This document shows positions 26,081 to 39,232 of a DNA stretch of 64,000 bases, one piece after another. A model generated the notes under the pieces. It had not been told where the DNA came from. It ran no database searches and was given only the letters and a program-made list of their open reading frames with translations. Position 1 is the first letter of the stretch. Every line of letters begins with the position of its first letter. A program made the translations under genes and the position numbers. This DNA comes from Lama guanicoe (taxonomy: Eukaryota), in the NCBI GenBank assembly GCA_013239625.1, contig MU054391.1, positions 5,351,824-5,415,823 on the forward strand, in the 5' to 3' direction.

Positions 26081-26758
26081 TGTCCTTCTTGTTTGTCCTC
26101 ACGCACGCATTTCACACCGCTGTTATTTAGCCTGGGTATCTCATCTTAATTCTCCACGACACCTGCTCTTCTCCAGGCCTCTGCTTTACTCCCAGGAGGA
26201 GGTAGATCCATTATTGCTCTCGCTTTCCACTGAGCCTGCAGGCTACGGTGCATTTCCCTGCTTTCCAAAGGCTTCTGGAAATACTGGACACTGTCATTTA
26301 CGTTCTCTGTTATTTCAAGGTTAAGTCAAATGTGCGATGAGGCAAAACCACCGTCTAAACGTCTGTATGACTCTTGGCAAAGCTGTCCTTGGGACATGGG
26401 TCTGGGCATTCTTTTGTTTTGTTATTTGGTCCACTCTCCTTCAAATATACCATTCCTTCTTCTCCAGTTGGCCTTTCATGAAAGGAATGGGGGGTGATGA
26501 GACGGGACAGGCCTGGAATGTGGTCTGAATCAGGGAGGCTTATGGGTCGCTGTCCTCTCGTCCCCTCCAGGGCAGCGTCTCTGGGTTCCAAGAGTAAGCC
26601 AGCCCCTTCCCATCCCTGCTGGCTCAAATTGTGACCGTAGGGAGCTGGGGACCAAGCTGGCCTTGTGCTGCTGGCTCCGGCGAATGCCTTCAGGTCAGGG
26701 CAGGAGGAGCAGGGGCTTGCTGACGATGCTGGGGAAACATCTGTGTGGATCTGCAGGT

Positions 26759-27114
26759 CAGGGGTCAGTACACTGTGTGCAAAGGTCCAGATAGTAAATA
26801 TTTTAGGCTTTCTGGGCCTAGAGACACAATTGAGGATACTATGTATATACTTATAAAATAAGAGGAAATAAATTTCCACAAAAAATTTTATTAATGAAAA
26901 TCAAACTAAGGACAGTAACAGTGGAGCGTGACGTTTGGTGATGCAGGTCTGCTGATGGGGGGTGGGGTCCTTCTGGGGATATGACGCTTCTCTTAGCTGG
27001 ATCAGAGTCAGAATTCCTCGTGATTACGTGGACTGGGAAGTTTCATCTGTACAGATCCTTAGCTCACGGCCGCGTAAAAGCAGGCTGAGGGCAGGATGTG
27101 GCTTGTGGACCCTG
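26759..27114 (+). mobile_element. MER58-family hAT-Charlie DNA transposon relic
   Basis: Begins caggggtcag...aaaggtccagatagtaaatattttaggcttt and ends gaccctg, giving TIR-like ends. Confidence 0.75.
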
Positions 27115-29999
27115 GATGCTCCAGGCTCATCTCAGACTGTGGGTTTGGTTCCACATTCCAGCATCAGGACATAGGTGCTTCCGCGCCAGGATGGTGGTCC
27201 CTGTAGGGCTCTTGGAACAGACTAAGTCAGCCCTCCCAAGGAAGACGGATGTGTCACACAGTGACGTTTGTGCCAAGCCCACGGAAGGAGGAGGGCAAGG
27301 ACTCCCAGATGCTGCCAGTGTCTTATGGGACAACCCTCAGGGACGGCCCCCGGAGGGGCCTGCAGGTACAGAGGAGAAGCCTAAAGGCAGCACGCCTGGA
27401 AGCAGCGCGTGGGATGGGGCCAGCACTCTTGAGAAAGGTAGCAAGACATGAGGAGCTGACTTTTAAATTTTATTACATTTTAATTTTACTCTAAATATTC
27501 CTCTGTGGCCAGTGGCTGCTGTCCTGGACAGCACGGGTCTGAGAAGAAAAAGTGTGAGCACCCCGCTCCCCACCCCAGAGCTGTCCTTTCCCACGCTGCA
27601 CGCGTCCCCGAGCATAGCCACGCCCGGGCGGCAGGGACTCGGAGGAGATAAATAAGAACTGTGGCTATTAATAAAACTGTGTAGGGGATCCAGAGAGACA
27701 CTTTGAAAGTGGTTGAAAACCGTTGTTTATTTTCCTCTGAAATATCCAAGACACATCCCTGTGATAAATTCACTCTCTGAAATTTTCTTTGTAAATGAAA
27801 GGTCAGCTGTAGTCTCGCTCCTCAGAGTTAATGAGGTTTGGTCAGACTTGGCTGCGGCTTAGTTCCTACTTCGGTCTGTATTGTCTATTAGATTTTGGCC
27901 TGTTTATAGTTTTTCCACATGAATTCTGGTTATAATTGCAGCTTTTTCCCCCTTCTCTGAAGCTTGGGTAGAGTGTGGAGTGGGCGGGGTGTGGGTGAGC
28001 TCCCGATCTGGTTACAAGTCTCAGCCTAATTGGTAGAAACTGTTGGTTCCTTGAGACTCTCAGCTTTTGTTATGTTTTTGTTGTTCTAAGATTCCAGTGC
28101 TGTTTTTATGTGTAATTGACAGAGACTTTTTCCAGCACTCAGTCTTAATCTTTTTAACTTCTTCTGATCAAGTTTAATCTTAATTACCTGTGAGTAAGCA
28201 CTATAATGAAGGGTGTGTTTTTGAGTGGGGAAATAATTGCTTTTTTCTCTTGTCATTTTAGTTAAAAATTACCTCCACCACTCGCTTCAACTTTACTTCC
28301 AAGCTCTTCTTAATAGACTTAGGAAAGCCAGTTACTGCGTAGCCACTCCCTGGTGAGTTCAGGAAACAGCTTGTCCCTTTAATGACAAGGGTAGAATTTC
28401 CATATAGTGGCGTATTTTTACAAGACTTTGTGCAGTAAATGGTCAGGGCAGGGTGTGTCCCACAGTATAACGTGGGAGGGAATTTGTCAGAGTTCAGCCG
28501 TGTGATAAAGCGTATTTTCTCTGCGATCTCTTCCACACTGAAATACCTGATTACCCCTGGTTCCCATTTCCCCAGCACAATTGAGCCGAACCCTTGTGGA
28601 CAGAAGATTGGTCCATCATTGATGGTGGTGCCAGCGCCTGGAGAGCTGAGACCCAGGTGAGAGTGGCAGAGTAGGTCCTGATGGGCACTCACTGACGTTT
28701 CCAGCATGTTTGCTGCCTCGAGCCCCAGGTGGCTCCCGACTGTGTGTCCCCACTGGGTCCCTCACGTTTGAGTAGCCTTTCCCTGTATCCGCTTCCTGCC
28801 TGCCCAGATCCGTTGTTCTCACTGGGGCCTGTGTGCCCTTCTCCTCCCTCCTGCTAAGAGTAAGGAGCCGTCTGTAGCTGCCCATTGTCTCTGGGCTCAG
28901 CAGGGACACCGTTCCTGCATTTGGGCCCTTGTTGGTCTTCCTAGTCCCATGGTCATTTCCTGAGCTGTGTTTTCAGTCCTGTTCTCTGCCAGGCTCTCTG
29001 CTGGTACTGGGGCTACAGAGCTGAACACATGCTTGCCCTCAGAGGAGAACATTAGGAGGGTAATGGTGCTTTTTTATTAATAACAGCTCTTTGTATTTTA
29101 ACCACTTTGTCAAATATCTGGTGCCTTTGTGATCATTTTTCTGTTTAAAACTGTCAGCATCAATCATATCCATTTTTAGCATTTAACAAGATAAGAACAG
29201 TCATTGTTGCATTGGAATTAGGACTTACCAAGCCGGTATTGAAAGTGGATTCAGAAGGTGATTTAGGACGCCCAGAAGTCCAGAATCTTTCTCTGAGATG
29301 GTGTGCTCTGTTTAACATGACAGGTCATTGCACTATTTTATGCTCAGACTCACAATGAGTAGTAAGTACTTTATTGAGTAACTCCTGGGTCTCAGATATT
29401 GGGCTGGGGGCTTCCCTGCAGGTCTTCATTTCATTTGCAAATACCCTGTGATTGGTGTCACTGTCCCTGTTTACCAGTGCTCAGTTCCTCACGTCACAGC
29501 AACTAAAAGTGACACCCATTGCTCTTCTGTGGTGTTTCACTGGGGTTAAAAGGAAAGTTTACCCCTCATCTTCTGTGAAAGCAGAGCTGTGATTAAATCT
29601 CCAGGTTTGATTAGTCATTGAACAAATGTTTGACCACTTACTGTGCGCTGGGTGTATAAGTGCTGTATACACCTACTGTGTGGTAGCTGGCCTGTAAGAT
29701 GATGATTTAATACCCAAGTGTGTCTGTTTGACCATTTGGGGGCAGGCCCTGGCGTGCTGGCACGTCCCCGGGCCTTGCTGATTCACAGGGAGGGGGCGAT
29801 GGTGGACCATGGGCAGTGCGGGCGGAGGCAGCTTGGGTCCTTCGGGTGGATGAGGCGGTGACTACCTGCCCTGTCTTCATTCCCACCGCCCGAGCATTTA
29901 TCCACAGAGGCAGCCCCCGAGGGGCCTTCACCGGACTGCCCTCTGTAGCTGAGATCTAAGCTCAAACACGCTTTAATTAATACGTTCTCTGTATTTTAG

Positions 30000-30072
30000 G
30001 CTTTGGACGTGGACCGGATGGTTCTTTACAAAATGAAGAAATCCGTGAAAGCAATAAACATCTCTGGGCTGG
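30000..30072 (+). CDS. ASAP2: ASAP2 coding exon 2 (73 nt, phase 0 to 1), BAR domain: ALDVDRMVLYKMKKSVKAINISGL
   Basis: Acceptor ttctctgtattttag|GCT, donor CTGG|gtgagt. The translation matches recalled ASAP2; ASAP1 reads ALDQDRTALQKVKK here. Confidence 0.97.
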
Positions 30073-30749
30073 GTGAGTGTGCTTTCTTTCCTAGGGGTTT
30101 CTTTGTGGAAAATTTTGTATCTGCAGTCCTGGTGCCATGATACTGATTACCATTAATGAATAATCAACCAGACTCGTTTTTCTGGGCATGCCTATTAGAG
30201 AGGTGAGTTGGGGTGTTTAATTTTTGCAAGTGTGTTTTATTTTGTGACTCTGATTCAGGCCTGGGGTTTCCTCTCCCACCCCCACTGTCCCATGTTTTGC
30301 TTCTTGTTCTCTGAAGAGCCGCTGAGTTTCCTCTGATGGCCTCCCTGCGGGACCCAGCTTTGTCAAACTGGCTCAGAAGGACATCGGACTCATTTCTGCC
30401 TCTGTCACTTGATTTGTGCTATTAATCATGTCAGAATGCCTTTTGCATTCAAAGAGAGTATTAAGAATAGCCTAACATTTGAAGAGCCCTCAAATCAAGG
30501 AAGTGAAGAACTCATACTTGACAAAACAATTAATAAGGCAATCAGAGCAGAACTTTAAAGTAAGAACAAATGGTTTGGATCCTTCAAGGGGCAAGGGAGG
30601 TTATTAAATTACTGAAGTGGGCAAGGCACTGGTGAAAAAGCACCAGTAAAAGTCTTGGGGGCGGCGGTGGGGAGCTATTGTTAAAATAAGAACTGAAATT
30701 TGCTAAATGGCAGGCTATACACATGGGAAGAAGGAATGAGGCCCCACGT

Positions 30750-31135
30750 TGCCTGAACACAAGGAGTGAAAGGGATGGACAGTGTGAAATAAAAATTAGG
30801 AGCCACTGAGAACAGATTCAGGAGGGTCAATGTTAGCGTCCACCTAGCAGGAGTTCCAGAAGAGGGAAAAGAGAGTGGAAAGAGGGAATTTTTTTTTCCC
30901 TCAAATGATAGCTGAAAAATTCCTATAACTAAAGAAAGATTTCAGGTCTCATTGAGAGAGTCCACTGAATTCTAAGGAAAACAAGTTGTGTGTGTGTGTG
31001 TGTATTTATGTATGGGTAGATATGTGTACATATCTTGATACATGTCCTGCTGTCTTATCATCAGGGAGAAAGAGGAAAGTAACAACTTACCCAGAGGAGT
31101 AGAAAAGCACATCTGCAGGGAAAAGTATCGGGAGG
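30750..31135 (+). mobile_element. HAL1 or old L1 ORF1-like relic
   Basis: gaacagattcaggagg...aggagttccagaagag...gatagctgaaaaattcctataact resembles the ORF1 'IGVPE...ENFP' region. Confidence 0.55.
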
Positions 31136-31484
31136 AAATATGCTAAAAAGGATTGTTTTAAATGAGTTGTGACTTTATACAGATATTTTTCCTCCCTTTA
31201 TTTTGCATATTTTATAAATTGTCATTATATTGATATTAAAATGATTAGACAGGTATTAATTTGTTTATGATAAGTGTCAAATGTTTGTGAAATAAGTTCC
31301 AGAAAGCAAAGAAGAGATGGGACTTAAGTTGTTCTTGACTTGAGCTGGTTCCCAACTAAGTTTGAAAGCGTTTTGGACCCGGGGTTTGTGGTGCTAGCTG
31401 TTGTGCCCTGGAGAAAGTCACTTAGCACCTTCTAGTCCTGGTTTCCTTGTCTCTAAAGTAGTCCATTTAGGTTAGAGCGCAGAT

Positions 31485-31546
31485 CCGTGGTTCTCAGCTA
31501 GGGTGGTTTGCCCCCTACCCTCTGCAGTTTGGTTATTTACAACTAA

Positions 31547-31588
<42 letters not shown>

Positions 31589-31680
31589 CATGGTGGTGCT
31601 GAAGGTCCTGTGATGTACAGGACAGCCCCCAGCAGTTACCTGGCCCCAAATGTCACTAATGCCAGGGTTAAGAAACTACC
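31485..31680 (+). mobile_element. MER20 DNA transposon containing a (TG)~15 tract (31551-31580)
   Basis: cgtggttctcagctagggtgg...caggacagccccc...ctggccccaaatgtcactaatgccagggttaagaaac. Confidence 0.8.
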
Positions 31681-34193
31681 ATCCAGATAGTCTTCAAAAT
31701 CCACTACAGTTTTTAAAAGAGAAACCATAAAACAGTAACAAAACCCACCACCAGGCTTAGCTTGCCAGTACATAAATATTGATCGACTGCCTGACAGCCA
31801 CAGATTTTATGAAAGAAGGAAGTGGAGTTACTTTTCAGTGATTAACACCAAACTGGAAGTGAACACACGTAGGGAGATTTTAATTAGTTTATTTATTTAA
31901 AAGTAAATTTCAAAGAAAAAAAAGAGTATAAGACTCCCCCTCTTAACGCAGCACTGAGATTTGCTGAGACAGATGTTTCAGTATCCAGAAAGACGGTGCC
32001 GCCGGGAAAAGCTCCTTTCCTGGATGAAGTTGCTGGCATTGAGGGACAGTAGTGACGGTCTTCTGTTTTTGAACACTTCCTGCGTACCTGGGCTTTCTGT
32101 ACACTATGTGCATCTTTACAACAAATCGTTCTTGTTTTACAAAGAGGAACCTGAGGTCAGAGGGTTGAACGTGTTCTCAGGGTGCTCCTGGCGCTTGGCC
32201 TGCGGCTGGGCCAGGGCTGTAGTCAGGCCACCACGTGTCGAGGTATCACCAAGAGATGGATGCTCAGTTTTGTGGACCAACAGCAGATTTCAGAAAGTAT
32301 CGTAAGTGATTTATTCTGTATTGTGCTCATTGAGCTTTCCGACTTTATAATTTAAGGCTTGTGTAAAAGGGATCTTTTATATTTTGGTCAGGTTCAGAAG
32401 TGATCTTAAAGTCCTATGTTGAGAAGTTGTTCTGGTCAGAAATAAAAAATGAAGTAATGGGCAAATGTGGGCTCTGTGACTGCTGCCAGCCTTGAGGAAG
32501 GACTGGTGAGGCTCCAGAGGCTGGCCCAGTGCCCAGCAGGGTAGCTTCCAACCAACTTTAGGAAGGAGAAGGTGTAAGCACTTTGGTGTCCGGAAGCCGC
32601 TTTACAAATTCACCACCACGTGCGTCTCCTCTGCCTTGCTGACCTGTGCTGCTGACCCTGTGCCCTGAGCCTCATTTCCTCACCTGCCCAGAGTCGTCTT
32701 CTAAAACATAACCCAGTGATGTTTCTTCTCTGCTGCTTCTCCACAGTGTTTCTTCTTGTCCACGTTGTCGTCCTCACGAAGTTCAAGAGCCTGGGAGAGA
32801 GGAGACAGGCCTCTCTGGGCTCTACAATTTTAGGGAAATTGGGGTGAAGCGCAGGTAAGCAGGTCTCTCCTCCTGCAGGACTAGCCAAAGAGTTTCATAT
32901 GCTAAAGTGGATTGTGAGGGGAAATTGGTCTTAACCCTTTGAAAATTTGCTTGCCTATGAAACTGCCACTTGCCCCCTTAAGCGCCCCCAACATGAGCCT
33001 CAGGTTGGTTAACACTGTGGAGTACCAGCTGCGATCCCGCTTCTGGCATCACCGAACTGAGACCCCTGGCGGAGTCCCTCCCAGCTCTCTGCGCCCTTCC
33101 TGCTGTAATGTGCCGTCCGCCCCCTAGAGCCACGTTCCGTGCCTCCTTCCCGCTGCACGTGCTCTTCTGTTTCAAATGGCATTTTGCCACTTGATCAGAG
33201 GCAACCCAGGCTTAAGGAAGTTGAGTAGTTTGCTCTGGATTTTGAGCACAGCATCCTGTGCACCGGTCTGGGTCCTTTCTGAGGCGCCACACACCCAGCA
33301 GGCCGACCGTCAGCCTGGCTTGCAGGGGCCTGTATTTTTGTTGTCTTTATTCATCTTTATATTATATATAAGTTTGAGTTATTATAGGGCTGTGAGTCAG
33401 ATTTTTTTTTTTAATAAGCCAGAACACTGATCCTGGAGTCTTCATTTCAGAACAAGTGTGGTCTGCTTCAGAAAAGTCACCTGAGGAAACGCTGCACCTT
33501 GTCCTGTGAGCTGCTGTCATCTTCCATGGCATTTGGATCTCTTCTCTGGAACTGCTTTTAGTAGCACATTCTTTTGAATATATTTAGGAGAGGAGTCTAA
33601 GGATAGATTAAATTTTTTTAGAACTAGATGTTAGGAATAAGCCACGCATATTCAACAAGAGACTGAGCTGCTGGCAACCACGGTTGGCTAGGAGTGTGAG
33701 AGCTGTGTAGTCATTCTGGCTCTGAAGGAAGTTAGTCCTGGAGAAGTTCCCCATCGTGGTTTGATCATTAAAGCGTTTAACATCCTTAGGCACCTGCGTG
33801 CATAGAAGAACCCCCGTTTTCGGTATCATTAAAGGAACAGTGAAAATAGTTCAGCATTTATGCCTGACACTGCTTTACATGTTTTCCCATCTCATGTTCC
33901 TTACTTTATGTGCCAGCGGGACTTTCTGCCTCGTTTCCTGCTTGGTCATGGGTTGGCCCCGTCCGACCTCTAACTGATCTCCAGTTCTCCCCAGTCTTTC
34001 TCTGCTCCAGGCCGACCGGCGGCTCACTGCTTCCTGAGCGCATCAGGACTGTATCTGTGGTTTGCAGGCTGTCTCCCATCCAGCCCTGCTGCTGGTCTGT
34101 ACACACGCTCTCCTGCCCCAGGCACCTGTTGAAGACCTGCCCGCCCACCTCCATCAAGCCGAGATTTGACACAGCGTTAGTTTCCTTTGACTC

Positions 34194-35095
34194 TGGTATT
34201 AGTTTGACGTGGCTGCAGTGATAAATGACCACAAACAGAGTTTTTTAAAATGACGTGAGATTTTTCTGCAGCTCAGGAGGTCAAAAGTCCAAGCTAGTCT
34301 CACTGGGCTGAAATCAAGGTGTTGACTGACTTCCTTCCTGGAGGCAAAGAGGTTTCCCTGCCATTTCCAGCTTCTAGAGGCTGCCCACCTTCCTTGGCTT
34401 GTGGCCTCCGTCCATCTTCACAGCCAGCAGTAGCTGCTGGAGTCTTTCTTACACGACTTCACTCTGACACCGTCATAGTCTACACTGGCTACCGTAACAA
34501 AATACCTCAGACTGGGTGACTTACACCGCGGATGTGTGTCTCACAGTCCTGGAGGCTGGCAGTCTGAGGTCAGGGTGCCCACGTGCTCTTGTTCTGGGGA
34601 AGGCTCCCTCCCTGGCTTGCAGACGGCCGTCTTCTCGCTGGGTCCCCACACGGAGGAGAGAAAGCGAAGAGCGTAAGCCTGCTAGAGCCAGTAGGCTGTC
34701 TGAGGTCTCTTCTTATAAGGACACTAATCCCATCTTGAGGGCCCTACCCTCTTGACCACATTTAAATGTAATTTTCTCCCAAAGGTCCACCCCCAAATAC
34801 CATCATATTGGGGGTTAAGGCTTCAGCAGATGAATTTGGCCAGAGGGGGTGGGTGGGCACACGATTCAGTCCATAGCAGACCCTGGCTCTTCTGCCTCCC
34901 TCTTCCACATTTAAGGACCCCGTGGTTACATTGGGCCCACCCAGATGGTCCAGGAGAATCTTCCCATCGCAAGTTGAGCTGATTAACAACTTGAATAACA
35001 CTTGGAAATTCAAGATAACATCATATCCTCACAGCTTCCAGGGATGAGAATGTAGACATCTTTGCTGGCATGGGGACATTGTTCTGCCTACCCTA
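34194..35095 (-). mobile_element. MLT1C/D-like ERVL-MaLR solo LTR, split by a nested LTR
   Basis: ccagcttctagaggctgccc...ccttggcttgtggcc in the left half; taaggaccc...ttacattgggcccaccc...ttctgcctacc in the right half. Confidence 0.8.
34471..34878 (-). mobile_element. MLT1A-like solo LTR nested in the older MLT1, with 5-bp TSD GACAC/GACCC
   Basis: Ends cgtcatagtc...gattcagtccatagca (reverse complement tgctatggactgaatc is the MLT1A start); internal tcttcttataaggacactaatcccat. Confidence 0.85.
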
Positions 35096-35294
35096 CTTCC
35101 CCTCTGAATTGTGAGTTTGAGGTTGAATCAGTTTTGATTTGTCTCTTCAGCCAAAACTGAAAGAGTCTCTAATAGGCAGACACTGTTCACTCTTTAAATA
35201 TTGCTCTTTATTGTTCTCTAATAGTTTTATGTCTGTTGCTCTTTGCCCCCCAATTAGATGACAAGCCCTTGAAGTCAGTGACCAATTCTGGGAG

Positions 35295-35535
35295 GCAGAG
35301 TAGTTTAGGATCGAGAGCAAATATGTGTTAGAACCTAGGAAGCCTGGGGTAGAAGCCAGTGGTGCCACTCAACAAGCGTGGAACACCAGGAAAGTTGCTT
35401 ATCTTTCTGAGCCTCAGTCTCCTCATATGTAGGATGAGAACATTACTGCTGCACAGGCTTGTTAGTGACAACTGACTGAGACAGCACGAAGAAGTGGCAG
35501 ATGTGGTTCTGGACACGTGGTAAGCGTGGCAGCTG
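35295..35535 (+). mobile_element. MIR
   Basis: aagttgcttatctttctgagcctcagtctcctcatatgtaggatgag core. Confidence 0.7.
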
Positions 35536-35945
35536 CTAGTATATTTCCTGTGTGTTTCTTGCAGTGGTCAGCACAGAGGCCAGTAGGTACACAGGAGGTG
35601 TCAATAAAGAGTCATTTGTATGTTATCACATTTCTGCTCTAAGTTCTTACACCATCCTCTTAGTGTAGGGGAGAGAGACTTACAATTTTAGGTGTAAACA
35701 TTGTATTTTCTGGCAGACTGTATTCTTTGTAAGGATTATATAGATTCATGTATCTGTAATTACGTATGTTTTCTCATATATGTTTTGAGATGCCTTGGAG
35801 CAGCCAGCTGTGTTTTTAGAGCCTTCAGGCTGAGGACGTTTTTAGCGTCTCAGCACAGTCACCTCAGCATCGCCTCTTAGCCTGCAAGGCCTTTAATATT
35901 TACTCGGGGGCTTCTTAGGGAAAAGTTTGGCAGTCCCTGATTTAG

Positions 35946-36115
35946 AGTAGTGGTTCTGAACCTTGAGAGTGCCCCCAGAATGCCTTCAAGGTCTTGTTAA
36001 AACACAGATAGCTGGTTCCTACCCTCAGAGTTTCTGTTCAGCCGGTCTGGGATGGGGCCTGAGTGTTTGCTGACTGACTAAATTCCCGGGGTGCTGAGGC
36101 CGCACCGCCTTAGAC
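35946..36115 (+). mobile_element. MER5A hAT-Charlie relic, abutting a MER58-like end at ~35885-35939
   Basis: tagtggttctgaaccttgag...cttgttaaaacacagatagctgg...ggtctgggatggggcctgag. Confidence 0.75.
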
Positions 36116-37039
36116 ACACACATCCCCAACCTTAAACCTTCAACTGGGCCAAACGCTTATCAGTGTGTCCCCTATGTATGCAAAACAATAATTTTCTTAC
36201 ACAATGACGAGTATATTATGTTTGCTCCCAGTTTTCAAAAGGATGACAACACAGGTGTATTTCCTAGGATGGCTTGTGTACAGGTTTGCAAAAGTAGTTA
36301 TTATGATGATGATCAGTTGAGAAACTGCTTCTATAATAATTTTTTCCACTGACAATAGACTGCTATTTGACCTCTTTTAAAAAAAAAGAAACTCTGTTCA
36401 TATTTATTCCAATACTTTAGTCTAAACTTTCCCAATCTCTGTCTCAACCCATAGGTGTTCCCTCCCCACCCCCCAGGAAGTAGACACTAACATTCTTCAG
36501 CTGTTTGACATGTCGGTGGGTGGAAAAATTCATTTTTATCAAGAGGGAAGCTCCAGAAGACTTTCATTTTCACTTCTCTAGAATTACTGTATCTTAAAGA
36601 GTTGGTGGAGCTATTCTTATCAGGAGTGGGAGATCCCTTCTTTACCTGCAATCGGAACATCCTAGAGAAATTGGCACATCTTTAAAATGAAAAATACAAT
36701 GGAAGAAATGTTTATTTTCCTTCAAACCTCTACCGTCTCCTGCCTACAAAAGAAAATGAGAATTCGGCTTTGTGTGTGTTTCTCCCTGTTATTTGCAGTG
36801 CTAATTAGAATATGGCTATTCAGTTAACACAGAATTGTTTCTATTACTATATCATAATTAGGATAGAGCAGTGCAAAAGAAATATATGTCATACATGCAA
36901 TAATTTAGGAAGTGAAACTTCATTACGCATTAAGAAGACACTGTATCTGGCATGTTTTTCCTCCTGTTACGTGAGAAAATAAATTATAATCCTTTGTGTT
37001 TGTCAAGAATAAAGTAGTTTGTCAGCTACTTTCTTGCAG

Positions 37040-37380
37040 CATTGAAAACCGGTGCATGGAGTTTTTGGAAAGCAGTTTGGCCGTGCACATCAAGAAAAAT
37101 AAAATCTTTATTGGAAGGATGTGCAGAGATGCACATTGCATTGTTTCATTGCTTGTCCAAGTGAGAAGCCGAAAGCCTCCTGTAACTCAGGATGGAGCTA
37201 CTTGAGGGAGTCATGTGGCAACAGGAACAAAAATGCCTGTGATGAAATCTTCAGACAACAAAATTGAGGATACAAAATATATGTATACCATAGCTGTGAA
37301 AAAAAGAACAAGTTATAACAAATGATAAAAAAGGATCTGTATTGATGTTCATAAATTTTAAGAGTGGAAACATAATAGCA
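37040..37380 (+). mobile_element. Old L1ME 3' fragment, followed by a MIR (-) at ~37400-37630
   Basis: tttggaaagcagtttggc...cacattgcattgttt; then aatcctcacatcagctctg...actgagacacagagg. Confidence 0.55.
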
Positions 37381-38506
37381 GCAATAAAAATCTGATGCTC
37401 AAAACCTATTGATTGTAGACCAAGCGCTGTGCTGCACAGATACATAAGGTTAATCCTCACATCAGCTCTGTCAGTTAGGTCCTGTCGGTAACTCTCCTTT
37501 CTGTTGGTGTCACTGAGACACAGAGGAGGCGTTTACCCCGAGCTGGAGAGCTTGGAGTTAGGGGAGCTGAGATTCAAAACCTGATCTGCGTCCCGGGCTC
37601 TCATTCTGACCCCAGCACCACACTGTCTGGTACATGGGCGGGGTGGGAGTTGCAGGTACCTGAGGGAGAAACACCACTCATAAAGCCATGGGGACGGCCT
37701 AGATGTCATCTGGCCGAGCCATAGTGACCCGGAGGTGAGAAGTCCAGGTTGTCTTGGTTGGCCACTGTTCATTGTGAGCCAGTACATGACGAATGTGCTC
37801 AAAGGTGAGCCATAGGTGACCTTAGGGAGGTACGTAGTGCTGCTAAAAAAGGTAGTTGTCCCACTGTTGAGTTGTAAGAGCAACATTTTAAGAGAAACCT
37901 CAACACGTAAAAGCTGGAAACCTCGTTGTAAGAGGGACGTTGGAAGGACCCAGGCCATCTTAGCTTGGGGAGGGTAGGAGAAGGCGAATCTGAAGGTTTT
38001 CCCTGGAATGAGGAAGTGAGACGGATTAGCTGTTCCTCTCTCCAGGGCAGTTTCACGAGAGCAGGTTTTGACTCAAATCTGAGGGAGAAGTTAGCTGGGG
38101 GAGCAGCCCCAGTGGTGAGCTGGTCATCGGAAGGCTTCCAGCAGAGGGTTGGTTGGTGGCCCTCTGTCTCTAAGGAAGTTGCAGTGGGAGATGGAGATAC
38201 GGACTCTAAGACCTTGAGATGTCGTCCAGTGATAAGGCTCTGAGATTCCAGTTTTTTCTTCTCTGCTGGTTGAGAATAGTGATTGGAATTTAGATGGCTA
38301 ATTTGCGGAATTCCTGTAGCAGTGAGCAACATATTAATCATGGAAGGACAGATAATCTGAAGGGAGGCTAAGATTTATGACTTAACATCCCAAGTATTAA
38401 CATGAATCATACATGGTTCATACATAATCAGATATGATCATACGCAGTTAAATATGGTTAACGTGGTCGTCATACTTTTTTGGTAGGGAATTTACGCTCA
38501 TCTAAG

Positions 38507-38678
38507 CCAGGGCTTTTAACCTGGTGTATTGGGTCCATGGACCAGCTTTTGGGGTCTGTGCACCCCAACAATTGTACAAAAAATTGTCTAAGGATACCTT
38601 TTCCTGAAGAGATAGTCCAAAACGTTTTTTAAATTTTTATTGGTGTCTGTGATAACCCGAAGATTAAAGAACCAGGGA
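38507..38678 (+). mobile_element. MER103-like hAT relic
   Basis: cagggcttttaacctgg...gggtccatggacc...gtctgtgataacccgaagattaaagaaccagg. Confidence 0.6.
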
Positions 38679-39051
38679 TCTAGCCAAACCCCCATGGTTT
38701 ACAGATGGGGATACCGTCAGAGTTGGCTGTTTGCCTTACTTACTGTAAAACTTTGGCTACGTTATTCAGCAAGAATATCTGAACCTGTCTCCTCACCTGT
38801 GAAATCCTGCAGTTGTGGTGGAGATGAAAGCCTCTGTACGTGTGTAAAACCTCCCCGCCGTGAATGGCGGCTGTTGCGCACGGGGCCTTGAGACCGTTGA
38901 TTTTCCAGGGGCTGCTCGTCCCCGAGGCCCAGGAGTCCCTTCTCTCTCAGGCTGCTGTGGTCTCCCTGGAGGTGGGCTGGGGGTGTTTTCTGAGGGTCTG
39001 TAAGTGATGGGGATTACGTTCCTTGAGTACAGTGAGGTAAAGACAGGGGAA

Positions 39052-39232
39052 ATACAAGGACCTACTTACTTACAGTGAACACAGGGAACTGTATTCAGTT
39101 TCTTGCAATAATATATAATGAAAAAGAATCTGAAAAAAAGTATGTACCTGTATAACTAAATTGCTTTACTGTACACCTGAAACTAACACTGTAAATCAAC
39201 TGTACTTCAATAAAAAGTAAAATTAAAAAAAA
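39052..39232 (+). mobile_element. 5'-truncated L1 3' end with A-rich tail
   Basis: cacagggaactgtattcag...ctgtacacctgaaactaacactgtaaatcaactgtacttcaataaaaagtaaaattaaaaaaaa. Confidence 0.88.

Noticed and set aside
28258-28707. 149-aa minus-strand ORF with protein-like composition
   Set aside because: No family motif that I recognise and no evident splice or promoter context; the length is within chance expectation. A BLASTP/PhyloCSF hit would be needed.
30060-30062. Ile in KAINISGL where I recall human ASAP2 has Ser (KAINSSGL)
   Set aside because: I recall Ile in other mammals as well, so this is probably ordinary orthologue variation; it cannot be verified here.
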